Of a DNA stretch of 64,000 nucleotides, positions 10,517-19,760 are shown piece by piece (position 1 is the first letter of the stretch; each line of letters opens with the position of its first letter). The translations under genes were made by a program, and so were the position numbers. The DNA is from an uncultured Gemmatimonadaceae bacterium. Its GTDB lineage: Bacteria > Gemmatimonadota > Gemmatimonadetes > Gemmatimonadales > Gemmatimonadaceae. The stretch is from assembly GCA_963716745.1 (NCBI GenBank), contig OY970320.1:832001-896000 (forward strand), in the 5' to 3' direction. The notes beneath the pieces were generated by a model that saw only the letters and a program-made list of their open reading frames with translations, had not been told where the DNA came from and searched no databases.

Positions 10517-10792
10517 AACAGCGTGAGTACCGAGTCGTGCGTGTTCGACCACCAACGGCGTGCGTGCCGAGTCGTGCGTCTTCGACCACCAACAGCGTGC
10601 GTACCGAGTCGTGCGTGTTCGACCACCAACAGCGTGCGTACTGAGTCGGGCGTGTACTCACGACTCGGTACTCCCGCCCTCAGTGGTCGAACACGCACGA
10701 CTCGGTACGCACGCCCTCAGTGGTCGAACACGCACGACTCGGTACGCACGCCCATAGTGGTCGAACACGCACGACTTGGCACTCACGCTGTC
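10517..10792. repeat. Palindromic element family G: inverted arrays of a 37-bp tandem unit
   Basis: Unit AAC(A/G)GCGTG(A/C)GTACCGAGTCGTGCGTGTTCGACCACC at 10517, 10554, 10591 and 10628 (partial), then about 3.5 reverse-complement copies. Confidence 0.92.
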
Positions 10793-10831
10793 AGGTCTTC
10801 CATTATTGTCTTGACATCAACATAATTAAGT

Positions 10832-12652
10832 GTGTCCGTCTCCCACGCGCGCGACCGGCTCGGCGATTTCACCACCCGGCCGCGCATGCTGCTCATCGCG
10901 GCCATGGCCTCCGTCACCGGCGTGTTCGGTGCGCTCGCCGCGGCCGCGCTCGTGTGGCTCATCGCGCACATCACCGCGCTCGCCTACTTCCAGAGCTTCG
11001 CGGCGAATGGCCTCGAGCCGGGGCTGAATCAGCTCGGCCTCTGGGCGGTCGGGGTCCCCGTCGCCGGCGGACTGATCATCGGCCTCATGGCGCGCTACGG
11101 ATCGGACAAGATCCGCGGGCATGGGATCCCGGAGGCCCTCGAGGCGATCCTGATCGGCCGCAGCCGCCTCAGTCTCAAGGTCGCGATCCTCAAGCCGCTC
11201 TCCTCCGCGATCGCGATCGGCACCGGCGGCCCGTTCGGCGCGGAAGGCCCGATCATCATGACGGGCGCGGCGCTCGGCTCGGTCTTCGCGCAGGCGTTCC
11301 GCGTGTCCGCCAACGAACGCAAGACGCTGCTCGTGTCCGGCGCCGCGGCGGGCATGGCGGCGATCTTCAACGCGCCGCTCGCGTCGACGCTGATCGCAGT
11401 GGAACTGCTGCTCTTCGAATGGAAGCCGCGCAGCTTCGTGCCGGTCGCGATCGCCGCGACGGTCGGTGCGGCGCTTCGCGTACCGCTGCTGGGGGCGGGG
11501 GCGGTGTTCCCCACCGCACCGCACGCCGCGCTCCCCATGAGCGGTCTCGTGATCGCGCTCGGCGTTGGCGCCATCGCGGGACTCGCCGCCACCGGGCTCA
11601 CGTGGATGGTATACGCGAGCGAGGACGCCTTCCTCAAACTGCCGATCCACTGGATGTGGTGGCCCGCGATCGGCGGCGTCGTCGTAGGACTCGGCGGCCT
11701 CGTCGCGCCGCGCGCCCTTGGAGTAGGGTACCCGGTGATCCGCGATCTCTTCGCCGGGCATCTCGTGGGCGGCGTGGTACTCGCACTGCTCGCGGCGAAG
11801 GCGGTGATGTGGTCGGTGGCGCTCGGCTCGGGGACATCTGGCGGCGTGCTCGCGCCGCTGTTGATCATGGGCGGCGCGCTCGGCGCCGCCGAGTCGGGGC
11901 TGATCCCAATGGGCGATCCGGGCATGTGGGCGATCATCAGCACGGCCGCCGTGATGGGCGGAACGATGCGATCGCCGCTCACGGCGATCGTCTTCCTTCT
12001 CGAACTGACGCACGATGTGAATCTTGTGGGCGGACTGCTCGTCGCGACCGCCGCATCCCACGCGGTGACCGTGCTGCTCATGCGTCGTTCCATTCTCACC
12101 GAGAAGGTCGCGCGGCGCGGCCATCACGTGATGCGCGAACTCGCCGTGAATCCGCTCGCGCTCTTCCGGGTGGATGACGTAATGCATCCACCCACATCCA
12201 GCCTCCCCGCCGACACGCTGCTCGATGCCGCATTCGAGCGCCGGCTGCATGATGATCCACAGCTCAACCGGGCCCGTGCATGGCCGCTGGTGGACGCGAA
12301 CGGATCGCTCGCGGGCATCCTCACGCGCGGGGACATCGAGCGCGCGCGTCGCGATGCGGCCGACGGCGCGCGGCCCGCCGTCGAGGCCGGCACCACGACG
12401 CTCACAGTCGCCTACCCCGAGGAATTGCTCGAGGAGGCGATCAACGCGATGATCGTGAACGATCTGCGGCAGCTCCCCGTCGTCGATCGCAAGGCGCCCA
12501 CCCGCCTGCTCGGCATGATCGACGCCACCGCCATCGCCGCCGCGTGGGCCGAGTTGCGCGACGAAGATCATGTGCGCGAGGCCGGCGAACTGACGGCGGC
12601 CGTGCGGCTGTTCCGGCGAAAAGTCGCGCGGCTCCGCGCGGGACTGAAGTAG
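10832..12652 (+). CDS. ClC chloride channel/transporter family protein with C-terminal CBS domains
   Basis: GHGIPE, GAEGP and GTSGGVLAP motifs; many TM helices; CBS pair. Confidence 0.93.
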   Translation: MSVSHARDRLGDFTTRPRMLLIAAMASVTGVFGALAAAALVWLIAHITALAYFQSFAANGLEPGLNQLGLWAVGVPVAGGLIIGLMARYGSDKIRGHGIPEALEAILIGRSRLSLKVAILKPLSSAIAIGTGGPFGAEGPIIMTGAALGSVFAQAFRVSANERKTLLVSGAAAGMAAIFNAPLASTLIAVELLLFEWKPRSFVPVAIAATVGAALRVPLLGAGAVFPTAPHAALPMSGLVIALGVGAIAGLAATGLTWMVYASEDAFLKLPIHWMWWPAIGGVVVGLGGLVAPRALGVGYPVIRDLFAGHLVGGVVLALLAAKAVMWSVALGSGTSGGVLAPLLIMGGALGAAESGLIPMGDPGMWAIISTAAVMGGTMRSPLTAIVFLLELTHDVNLVGGLLVATAASHAVTVLLMRRSILTEKVARRGHHVMRELAVNPLALFRVDDVMHPPTSSLPADTLLDAAFERRLHDDPQLNRARAWPLVDANGSLAGILTRGDIERARRDAADGARPAVEAGTTTLTVAYPEELLEEAINAMIVNDLRQLPVVDRKAPTRLLGMIDATAIAAAWAELRDEDHVREAGELTAAVRLFRRKVARLRAGLK

Positions 12653-12657
12653 GGCCT

Positions 12658-12719
12658 AACAGCGGGCTGTCGGCTGTTGGCGGTCGCAGGCAACAGCCGA
12701 CAGCCGACAGTCCGCCGTT
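12658..12719. repeat. Palindromic element family C (GGCTGTC/GACAGCC heptamers)
   Basis: AACAGCgggctgtcggctgtt...aacagccgacagccgacagtccGCCGTT. Confidence 0.9.
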
Positions 12720-12746
12720 GACTTCTCAGTCATTCGCCCTTACCAT
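12718..12746 (+). promoter_or_regulatory. sigma70-type promoter of PadR-permease operon
   Basis: TTGACT(12718-12723)-17 bp-TACCAT(12741-12746). Confidence 0.55.
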
Positions 12747-12784
12747 TACCTAGCCAGCTATACCTAACTACCTCTGCCTCTCAC

Positions 12785-13120
12785 ATGGCCAAGCCGAAGA
12801 ACGACATCCTGCAGGGCACGCTCGCGCTGATCGTCCTCAAGACGCTCGCGTCGCGCGGGCCGCTCCACGGATATGCGATCACGCAGCTCATCCAGGAGCG
12901 CTCGGCCGAGCTGCTGCGGGTGGAGGAAGGATCGCTCTACCCCGCCCTGCGGCGCATGGAAGAGGACGGGTGGGTGAAGGGGAAATGGGGCGTCACGGAC
13001 AAGAATCGTGAGGCGCGCTTCTATGCCATCACGGCGCCCGGCCGCAAACAGCTCGCCGAAGAAGAAGAGAGCTGGCAGCGCCTCACCACCGGCGTCGCGC
13101 GCGTTCTGCGCTTCGCGTAA
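12785..13120 (+). CDS. PadR family transcriptional regulator (Acidobacterial type)
   Basis: 'ILQGTLALIVLKTL...HGYAI...VEEGSLYPALRRME...NREARFYAIT'. Confidence 0.93.
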   Translation: MAKPKNDILQGTLALIVLKTLASRGPLHGYAITQLIQERSAELLRVEEGSLYPALRRMEEDGWVKGKWGVTDKNREARFYAITAPGRKQLAEEEESWQRLTTGVARVLRFA

Positions 13121-13143
13121 GACTTCGTCACGGAGCCACCGCC

Positions 13144-15822
13144 ATGTCCCTGTTCACCCGGATCGCCAACGCACTGCGCGACGAGCGCCTCTCCAAGGAA
13201 CTCGATCGCGAGCAGCGTTTTCATCTCGCCGAGCGCACCGAGGCGCTCATCGCATCCGGGATGACGCCCGCGGAGGCGGCACGCGAGGCGCGGCGGAAGT
13301 TCGGGAACAGACTGGGAATGAAGGAACGCTCACGCGACGCCAGCGTGCTCGGCTGGCTCGATACCCTGCTCGCCGATGTGCGCTATGCGGTGCGTGGCCT
13401 CTTTGCGACGCCGGGCTTCACTATCGTAGCCGTGCTTTCGCTCGCGCTGGGCATCGGCGCGAACAGCGCGATCTTCACGCTCGCGAACGCGCTCGTCTTC
13501 AAGACGCTGCCGGTGCACGACCCCGAACAGCTTGTGGCCGTTTCAATGAGCGGCCCCGGCGGCGACGAGTTCACGAACCCGCTCTGGGAACAGATCCGCG
13601 ACACGCCCGGCCTGCTCACCGGCGCATTCGCGTACGCCACGTCCGATTTCAACCTTGCGGACGGCGGTGAGCAGCGCAGCGTGCCGGGCGCGTGGGTGAG
13701 CGGCGACTTCTTCTCGATCCTCGGCGTGCGCGCAGTGGCGGGACGCACGCTCGTTCACAGCGATGACGTGCGCGGGTGCGCTCCCGTGGCCGCGGTGAGT
13801 GCGGGTTTCGCGCAGCGCGAGTTCGGCGGCGCCGAGCAAGCGGTGGGAAAGAGCGTGTCGCTCAACGGGCATCCCTTCACCGTGGTCGGCGCGATCGATC
13901 CCGACTTCTTCGGGATCAACATTGGCCGCACGGTGGACGTTTATACGCCGCAGTGCGCGCAGGCCGTGCTCAACGGTCCTACCTACCTCGACCGGCGCAG
14001 CACCTGGTATCTGAACGTCGCGGGGCGCCTCCCCGCCGGCGTCTCGGCGGCGCAGCTGCAGACGCGCCTGCGGGCGGCCTCGCCGCCGATCTTCGCCGCG
14101 ACGCTGCCGGAACGGTGGGGCGCGGCCGATCAGAAGGAGTATCTCAAGACGACGCTCACGCTCTCGCCCGCGGCCACCGGTTTCTCGGAGACGCGCGACC
14201 GTTATCGCGGCGCGCTCTTCACGCTGATGGCGGTCGTCGGCGTCGTGCTGCTCATCGCCTGCGCCAACATCGCGAATCTGTTGCTCGCGCGCGCCGCCGC
14301 GCGCGAACGCGAGATCGCGATCCGCCTGGCGATCGGCGCGGGGCGCGGACGCGTAGTCCGCCAATTGCTCACCGAGAGCCTCGTGCTCGCCTCCGCCGGC
14401 GCGATGTTGGGCCTCGTCTTCGCTCAGTGGGCCGGCGGGCTGCTCGTGGGCTTCATGTCGAGCGCCAAACGCCCTCTCTGGCTCGACCTGTCGCTTGACT
14501 GGCGCGTGGTGGCGTTCACGACCGGCGTCGCGGTGCTCACTGCCGTGCTGTTCGGTCTCGTGCCGGCGTGGCGCGCGACGCGCGTCGATCCGCAGGCCGC
14601 GCTCAAGGCGGGCGGCCGCGGCCTCGTTGGCGGCAGGTCGCGCCACCGGCTGGGCAAGGCACTGGTCGTGGCACAGGTCGCGCTCTCGCTCGCACTCGTC
14701 GCGGCGGCCGGCCTGCTCGTGAACAGTTTCCGGCGGCTCACGCAGTTCGATCCGGGCTTCCGGCGCGCGGGGGTGCTCGTCACTCATTTCGAACTCAGGA
14801 ACACCGGGCTCAAGGATGCGGCGCTCGACGAGGCGAAGAACGAGATCCTCCGCGGTGCGCGCCTGCTCCCCGGCGTCACGAGCGCAAGTCTTTCGCTGCT
14901 CACGCCCATTGGCAACATGCAGTGGGACGAATTCGTGGTCGTGCCGGGGGTGACCCCACACAGTCACAAGGACTCCGTCGTCTATTTCAATTCGGTCGCC
15001 GACGGCTACTTCACGACGCTTGGCACCCCCTTCGTCGCCGGACGCGACATCACGCCGGATGACATCGCGCAGAAACGGCACGTGGCGGTCGTGAACGAGA
15101 CAATGGCCAAGTACTGGTTCGGTTCGACGAGCCCGATCGGCCGGAGTTTCCGTACCGCCTTCAGCGATTCGGTCTCGCCCCCGATCGAGGTGGTGGGTGT
15201 GGTGCGCGACACGAAATACGCTCGCATCGACGAGACACCGCTCGCGATCGCCTATCTCCCGATCGGCCAGGCCGAATCGACTGGACCGTTCATTGAGCTC
15301 GTCATGCGCAGCGCGGGGGATCCCGCCGCACTCATGCCTGCCGTGCGAAAACTCGCGGCCGGCGTGAGTCCGAAGATCTCGCTCGATTTCACGACGCTCG
15401 AGGCGCAAGTGGATGCGTCACTCGCGCGCCCGCGCTTGCTCGCTTCGCTGTCGGGCTTCATGGGTGCGTTGGCGCTGCTGCTCGCGGTGATCGGATTGTA
15501 TGGCATGATGTCGTACGATGTGAATAGGCGCCGCAATGAGATCGGGATCCGAAAGGCCCTGGGCGCGGCGGATCCGGCGCTGTGGCGAATGGTCGTGCGC
15601 GAGGCCGCGCGATTGATCTTCCTTGGGGTGGCGATCGGAGCGCTCATTGCCGTGGCGAGTACGCGGTTGATGAATGCGTTCCTGTTCGGATTGACCGCGA
15701 CGGATCCGGGAACGTTCGTGATGGCGGCGGTGGTGCTTGGGAGTGCGGGGATGATCGCGGCATTTTTGCCGGCGTGGAGGGCGAGTCGGATGTCGCCTAT
15801 GACGGCATTGCGAGAAGAATAG
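13144..15822 (+). CDS. ADOP-type duplicated ABC permease (MacB/FtsX domains)
   Basis: 'PGFTIVAVLSLALGIGANSAIF', 'LLIACANIANLLLAR...REREIAIRLAIGAGR', 'RRNEIGIRKALGA'. Confidence 0.93.
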   Translation: MSLFTRIANALRDERLSKELDREQRFHLAERTEALIASGMTPAEAAREARRKFGNRLGMKERSRDASVLGWLDTLLADVRYAVRGLFATPGFTIVAVLSLALGIGANSAIFTLANALVFKTLPVHDPEQLVAVSMSGPGGDEFTNPLWEQIRDTPGLLTGAFAYATSDFNLADGGEQRSVPGAWVSGDFFSILGVRAVAGRTLVHSDDVRGCAPVAAVSAGFAQREFGGAEQAVGKSVSLNGHPFTVVGAIDPDFFGINIGRTVDVYTPQCAQAVLNGPTYLDRRSTWYLNVAGRLPAGVSAAQLQTRLRAASPPIFAATLPERWGAADQKEYLKTTLTLSPAATGFSETRDRYRGALFTLMAVVGVVLLIACANIANLLLARAAAREREIAIRLAIGAGRGRVVRQLLTESLVLASAGAMLGLVFAQWAGGLLVGFMSSAKRPLWLDLSLDWRVVAFTTGVAVLTAVLFGLVPAWRATRVDPQAALKAGGRGLVGGRSRHRLGKALVVAQVALSLALVAAAGLLVNSFRRLTQFDPGFRRAGVLVTHFELRNTGLKDAALDEAKNEILRGARLLPGVTSASLSLLTPIGNMQWDEFVVVPGVTPHSHKDSVVYFNSVADGYFTTLGTPFVAGRDITPDDIAQKRHVAVVNETMAKYWFGSTSPIGRSFRTAFSDSVSPPIEVVGVVRDTKYARIDETPLAIAYLPIGQAESTGPFIELVMRSAGDPAALMPAVRKLAAGVSPKISLDFTTLEAQVDASLARPRLLASLSGFMGALALLLAVIGLYGMMSYDVNRRRNEIGIRKALGAADPALWRMVVREAARLIFLGVAIGALIAVASTRLMNAFLFGLTATDPGTFVMAAVVLGSAGMIAAFLPAWRASRMSPMTALREE

Positions 15823-15827
15823 GGGCG

Positions 15828-16100
15828 AACTGCTCACTTCATCACCAGGGCGCTTAAGGCTGCAGTAGACAGCAAACAGTCACGAGTGACTGCCAGTCTA
15901 CAGTCAACAGCTCACAGGTCACAGAAAACATCGCTTCGAGTGAACGGGGTCTCGAGATGCCGAACCAGCATCACGAGACCCCGTATTCGCACTTCACCGC
16001 TTTCTGTGACCTGTTGACTGTTGACTGTAGACTGGCAGTCACTCGTGACTGTTTGCTGTTGACTGCAATTCTAAGTGCACTGGTGATGACGTGCGTAGTT
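15828..16100. repeat. Palindromic element family B (273 bp)
   Basis: AACTGCtcacttcatcaccag...ctggtgatgacgtgcGTAGTT with about 100-bp arms and an internal hairpin. Confidence 0.93.
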
Positions 16101-16977
16101 AGTGGAGTGGCCGCAACACGATCGCCCCACGGAAAGTCCGAATAACCACCCTTCCCGCGCTGGCACTGGGTCCGAGTCCGATACGGATCGCACTCCCCTT
16201 CCCTCCCGGCGCGGCAACGGCACGCACAGTCGACATCTCATTCGATATCGTCCCAGCGATCGTCGACAATTCGAAGACGCCGGCAACGTCACGCGGCATC
16301 ACCATCACCACCGCGCCGGCGTGATCGGTGAAATCCAGCACTCCGCCCGCGGCCGGAGCGCCGGTGAAAGCAATATCGCCTGACACCGACGCGAATCGCC
16401 CGCGCACGATCGCCGGCGCGGCGACCTCGATCGCGCCACCGACGGTGGATATATCTACATCCTCAGGCGCGCCGCGGAGAACGATCTTCCCGTCGCCTGT
16501 CTGCGCGCGAACGACCGGCGCGGTCACGGCCACCGCGATGTCACCCGTGATGGTCTGCACATCCACTGCGCGCGAGTCACCATCGATCGACATGCGGCCC
16601 GATACCGAATAGAACCAGCCCGACACCCCGCTCGCCGCGATGTCGGCGGTCACGGCCTTCACCGAGACGTTGCTCCCGCGCGGCACCATGATCTCGAACG
16701 TCAATGCGCCCGGCACTGCGTCGTCGGCGCGTGGCATGATGCCAAGCTTGAGCCCATGACGGTCGCCGCTGAGATAGAAGCGCTCGCCGCGCGCGACCCG
16801 GCCGCGCACGACCACGGAATCCTTGTCCCACGCCGTGATCCGCACGGCGCCGGCGGGGTCGAACACTTTCACGCCGACATTCGCCTCAGTGGCGCGCGCG
16901 CCAAGCCACGGCAGCTGCGCGCGTGCGGCCGGCGCGATGAGCGCCAGCACGAGCGCTACAACCGCGCTATGACGCAT
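16099..16977 (-). CDS. DUF4097/putative adhesin beta-strand repeat protein
   Basis: Signal peptide; repeated 'SVSG/TITGDI/TGDGKI/TVGGAI' strands; lies downstream of an anti-sigma gene. Confidence 0.8.
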   Translation of the reverse strand: MRHSAVVALVLALIAPAARAQLPWLGARATEANVGVKVFDPAGAVRITAWDKDSVVVRGRVARGERFYLSGDRHGLKLGIMPRADDAVPGALTFEIMVPRGSNVSVKAVTADIAASGVSGWFYSVSGRMSIDGDSRAVDVQTITGDIAVAVTAPVVRAQTGDGKIVLRGAPEDVDISTVGGAIEVAAPAIVRGRFASVSGDIAFTGAPAAGGVLDFTDHAGAVVMVMPRDVAGVFELSTIAGTISNEMSTVRAVAAPGGKGSAIRIGLGPSASAGRVVIRTFRGAIVLRPLH

Positions 16978-17605
16978 TGCCCACCCGCTTGAGCACGTCC
17001 AGTTTGCGCCGGTACGACGCGGCGAGCATCTGCCGCAGCGCCGGATTGTTCGGGTCGGCCTTGATCGCGCTGTCGAGCTCGGCGATCGCGACATCACATT
17101 CCTTGAGATCGCGATCGATCGCCGCCGAAGTCTCCGTGCGGAGCAGGCCGCGGCGCAATTCGAGATCGCTCATGAGGTCGGCGATCTGCTCGCGATAGGC
17201 GTTCGCGGAATCGGCGGACGCGGTGAACGCGACGCTATCGGGTGGCGCGAACAGTGGCCCGGGATCGCCCGACGGCCGGCGCCCGATCGCGAAGGTCAGC
17301 ACGACCAGCACCGCCGCCGCCACGCCCGACACGATCCATCGCCACGGGCGCCGCGCCGCGGGCGTGCCCGGCAGCGCGACGACTTTGCCGCGCTCGATCC
17401 GTGCGCGGATCGCCGGCCATTCGTCGGGTACGGACTCTCGCAACGGCGCGCCCTCGCGGGCCCGCGCGATCAGTGCGCGCAGGCGCGCGACATCCGCCGC
17501 GCACTCTTCGCACGCCTCGAGGTGCGCTGCCATGTCCGCCAATCGTCGCGCGTCCAGCGTGCCATCGGCGGCGCCCTGCCGCTCCGATTCCGTGAGATGA
17601 TTCAT
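16967..17605 (-). CDS. Zinc-finger (zf-HC2) transmembrane anti-sigma factor
   Basis: HLEACEEC motif, TM helix, overlaps the sigma gene stop. Confidence 0.85.
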   Translation of the reverse strand: MNHLTESERQGAADGTLDARRLADMAAHLEACEECAADVARLRALIARAREGAPLRESVPDEWPAIRARIERGKVVALPGTPAARRPWRWIVSGVAAAVLVVLTFAIGRRPSGDPGPLFAPPDSVAFTASADSANAYREQIADLMSDLELRRGLLRTETSAAIDRDLKECDVAIAELDSAIKADPNNPALRQMLAASYRRKLDVLKRVGNAS

Positions 17606-18177
17606 AGGTCCAAATGCCTCATGAGTTGCCGTCGCGCCCGCCACAATTGTGCGCGCGATGTGCCGGCCGCCGTGCCGGTGAGCGTCGCGATCTCGTCGTG
17701 CGAATAGCCCTGCATGTCGTGCAGCACGAACACCACGCGGGCGCCCTCGGGGAGCCGCGCGAGCGCGGCCTCGAGATCCAGCCGCGAATCCACATCGTCG
17801 CCCGGCAATGGAGAGCGCTCGATCGCCTCGTCGCTGTCGGGGATCCAACGATCTTCCTGCCGCCCGCCGGCGCGAAAGCGGTTGAGGATCACGTTCACAC
17901 CCAGTCAATGCAGCCAGGTGGAGAATGCGCTGTGGCCCTTGAAACTGCCGAGCTGTTCCCACGCGCGCACGAAGATATCCTGCACCAATTCCGGCACCTG
18001 CCCCGGATCGCGCGCCATGCGCCGCGCAAGCGCGGTGACCGCCGGCGCGTGGGCGCGGTACAGACGCTCGAAGGCCGCGACATCGCCGCCGTGTGCGCGC
18101 CGCACGAGCTCGTCGTCCGGGAGCAGATCGGCGACGGTCACCGATCGCTCACGGAGCGGCGAGGTGCGCGCGCGCAT
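17602..18177 (-). CDS. ECF RNA polymerase sigma factor with in-frame TGA at 17905-17907
   Basis: Region 2 'ELVQDIFVRAW...FSTWLH*LGVN' and region 4 'VFVLHDMQGYSHDEIA...GTSRAQLWRAR' are in the same frame (576 bp). Confidence 0.85.
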
Positions 18178-18198
18178 ACGACGGCGTCCGGTCGCGTG

Positions 18199-18651
18199 CT
18201 AGCGGCTGCGCGTGGCAGCGAGCGTGGCCAGCGTGGAATCGATCTCACGTGCCGAGATCGCAGAAGGCACGCGGTCGCCGTTGGATTGCGTTCGCATCGG
18301 GATATCGACGGCCGCGACCTGCCCGTTCGCGCCGATGCTCACAAGCGCGGTAGTGTTCTTGAGCGTGACGCTGATCAGCCACGCGCCCGAATTCGGCCAT
18401 TGTTTGCGCACGGCAAAAGTGCCGGGTTGGCCCGTGGCGTCGAGCTTGACCGTGATGGTCTCACGGGCGCCGTTCACGAGCCCTTCGGCGGTGGCGGAGA
18501 GGTCTGCGAGTTGCGGCGTGCCTTCGCGAGTCATCGCGTGGACGAGGAAGATCGCGTTGCGGGTTGAAGGATCGTAGGGATTTACTGGAGATTCGATGCT
18601 CAGCCATGGGGGCCAGAAGAAGAGGAGGGCTGCGAGGAGGATTGGTTTCAT
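18199..18651 (-). CDS. Secreted hypothetical protein
   Basis: Short N-terminal hydrophobic stretch after GGAG; first gene of the sigma cluster. Confidence 0.7.
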   Translation of the reverse strand: MKPILLAALLFFWPPWLSIESPVNPYDPSTRNAIFLVHAMTREGTPQLADLSATAEGLVNGARETITVKLDATGQPGTFAVRKQWPNSGAWLISVTLKNTTALVSIGANGQVAAVDIPMRTQSNGDRVPSAISAREIDSTLATLAATRSR

Positions 18652-18698
18652 TTTGGGCTCCTGGTGGGGGGCTGTTGTATGTGACACCAGGTCCAGGC

Positions 18699-18980
18699 AA
18701 CTGCTTACGGCCACTTCGCTACCAGGGCGCTTACGGCTGCAGTCAACAGCAAACAGTCACGAGTAACGGCCAGTCGACAGTCAACAGTCACAGGTCACAG
18801 AGCACGGTGCGGTGCGCCAGCGCGGGTCTCGCGATGCCGATTCGGCATCGCAGAACCGGCGTACGCGCAGTTTCACAAGTTTTCTGTGACCTGTTGACTG
18901 TTGACTGTAGACTGGCGGTCACTCGTGACTGTTTGCTGTTGACTGCAATTCTAAGCGCACTGGTGATGCAGTGAGTAGTT
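18699..18980. repeat. Palindromic element family B (282 bp)
   Basis: AACTGCttac...gtgaGTAGTT. Arms are near-identical to 15828-16100. Confidence 0.93.
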
Positions 18981-18986
18981 CGCGCA

Positions 18987-19760
18987 TCACTCCCACCGAA
19001 ATACCCGTGTCGCAACCGCAACACAAATAACAAACCCCACAACCAACGCCCCCACATCCGGCAAATGCGCGATCCATCCTTCCCCGTTCCATATCCCACT
19101 CATCAACTGCACGGCGTACGTAAGCGGTAACAAATGCGCCACCACTCGCAACCACGCGGGGAACGCTGAGATCGGCGCGAACAGTCCCGACACCGCGATC
19201 ATGGGATACAGTATCATCGCCCCAACAGGCTGTGCGAAGCGCGCGGTGGGGACCACGCTCGCGATCAGGAAACCGATCGCAAGAATGCTCCACGTACTGA
19301 GCACCACCGCGAATCCGAAGCTCACATACGGGACATCCACGTTCGGCGGCAGATAGCGGCGGCCGGCGAGGATCATCAGCGTCATCGTCACCGCCGTGAG
19401 CAGCAATTTCACGAGCACGTGCGCGGTGAGGATCGTGGTGGGACGCAGCGGCGTCGCGCGCAGGCGCTTGAGGATCCCGCCTTCGCGGTAGATCGAGATG
19501 ATCGTCACGAGCGACAGTACGGCATTGATCGCGATGATGCAGGCGACGAACACCGGCAGGCTGTTGCGCGCGAAGCTCGTGACCGGCCCGGCCGGCTGTG
19601 GCGCCATCGCATCCACGCGCACCAACGCGCGGCTCATGATCACGAACGCCAACACCGGCACGAGGATCCCGCCGATCGCGCCAAGGGGTTCGCGCAGGAA
19701 GATCTTGATCTCGAGCCAGGTGAGGCGCGGCAGCCCGCGCAGGACGTCGAGTCGCATCAA
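18987..19760 (-). CDS. ABC-2 type transporter permease
   Basis: 'YREGGILKRLRATPL', six TM helices, ends FRWE. Confidence 0.9.
   Translation of the reverse strand: MMRLDVLRGLPRLTWLEIKIFLREPLGAIGGILVPVLAFVIMSRALVRVDAMAPQPAGPVTSFARNSLPVFVACIIAINAVLSLVTIISIYREGGILKRLRATPLRPTTILTAHVLVKLLLTAVTMTLMILAGRRYLPPNVDVPYVSFGFAVVLSTWSILAIGFLIASVVPTARFAQPVGAMILYPMIAVSGLFAPISAFPAWLRVVAHLLPLTYAVQLMSGIWNGEGWIAHLPDVGALVVGFVICVAVATRVFRWE

Noticed and set aside
7981..10698. Long Arg/Ala-rich alternative-frame and antisense ORFs (also 13543-15408, 36709-38295, 42339-44471, 58027-60438)
   Set aside because: These are shadow ORFs expected in high-GC DNA, overlapping well-supported genes and lacking motifs.
10517..10792. 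CRISPR array (37-bp repeats; also 46057-46287)
   Set aside because: Units are contiguous with no unique spacers, half are inverted, and there are no cas genes in the window.
10438..10825. Small repetitive ORFs in the palindromes (VVEHARLGTHA etc.; also 15957-16145, 32000-32188, 46100-46354)
   Set aside because: They are translations of the DNA repeats in several frames, with no evident RBS or codon bias.
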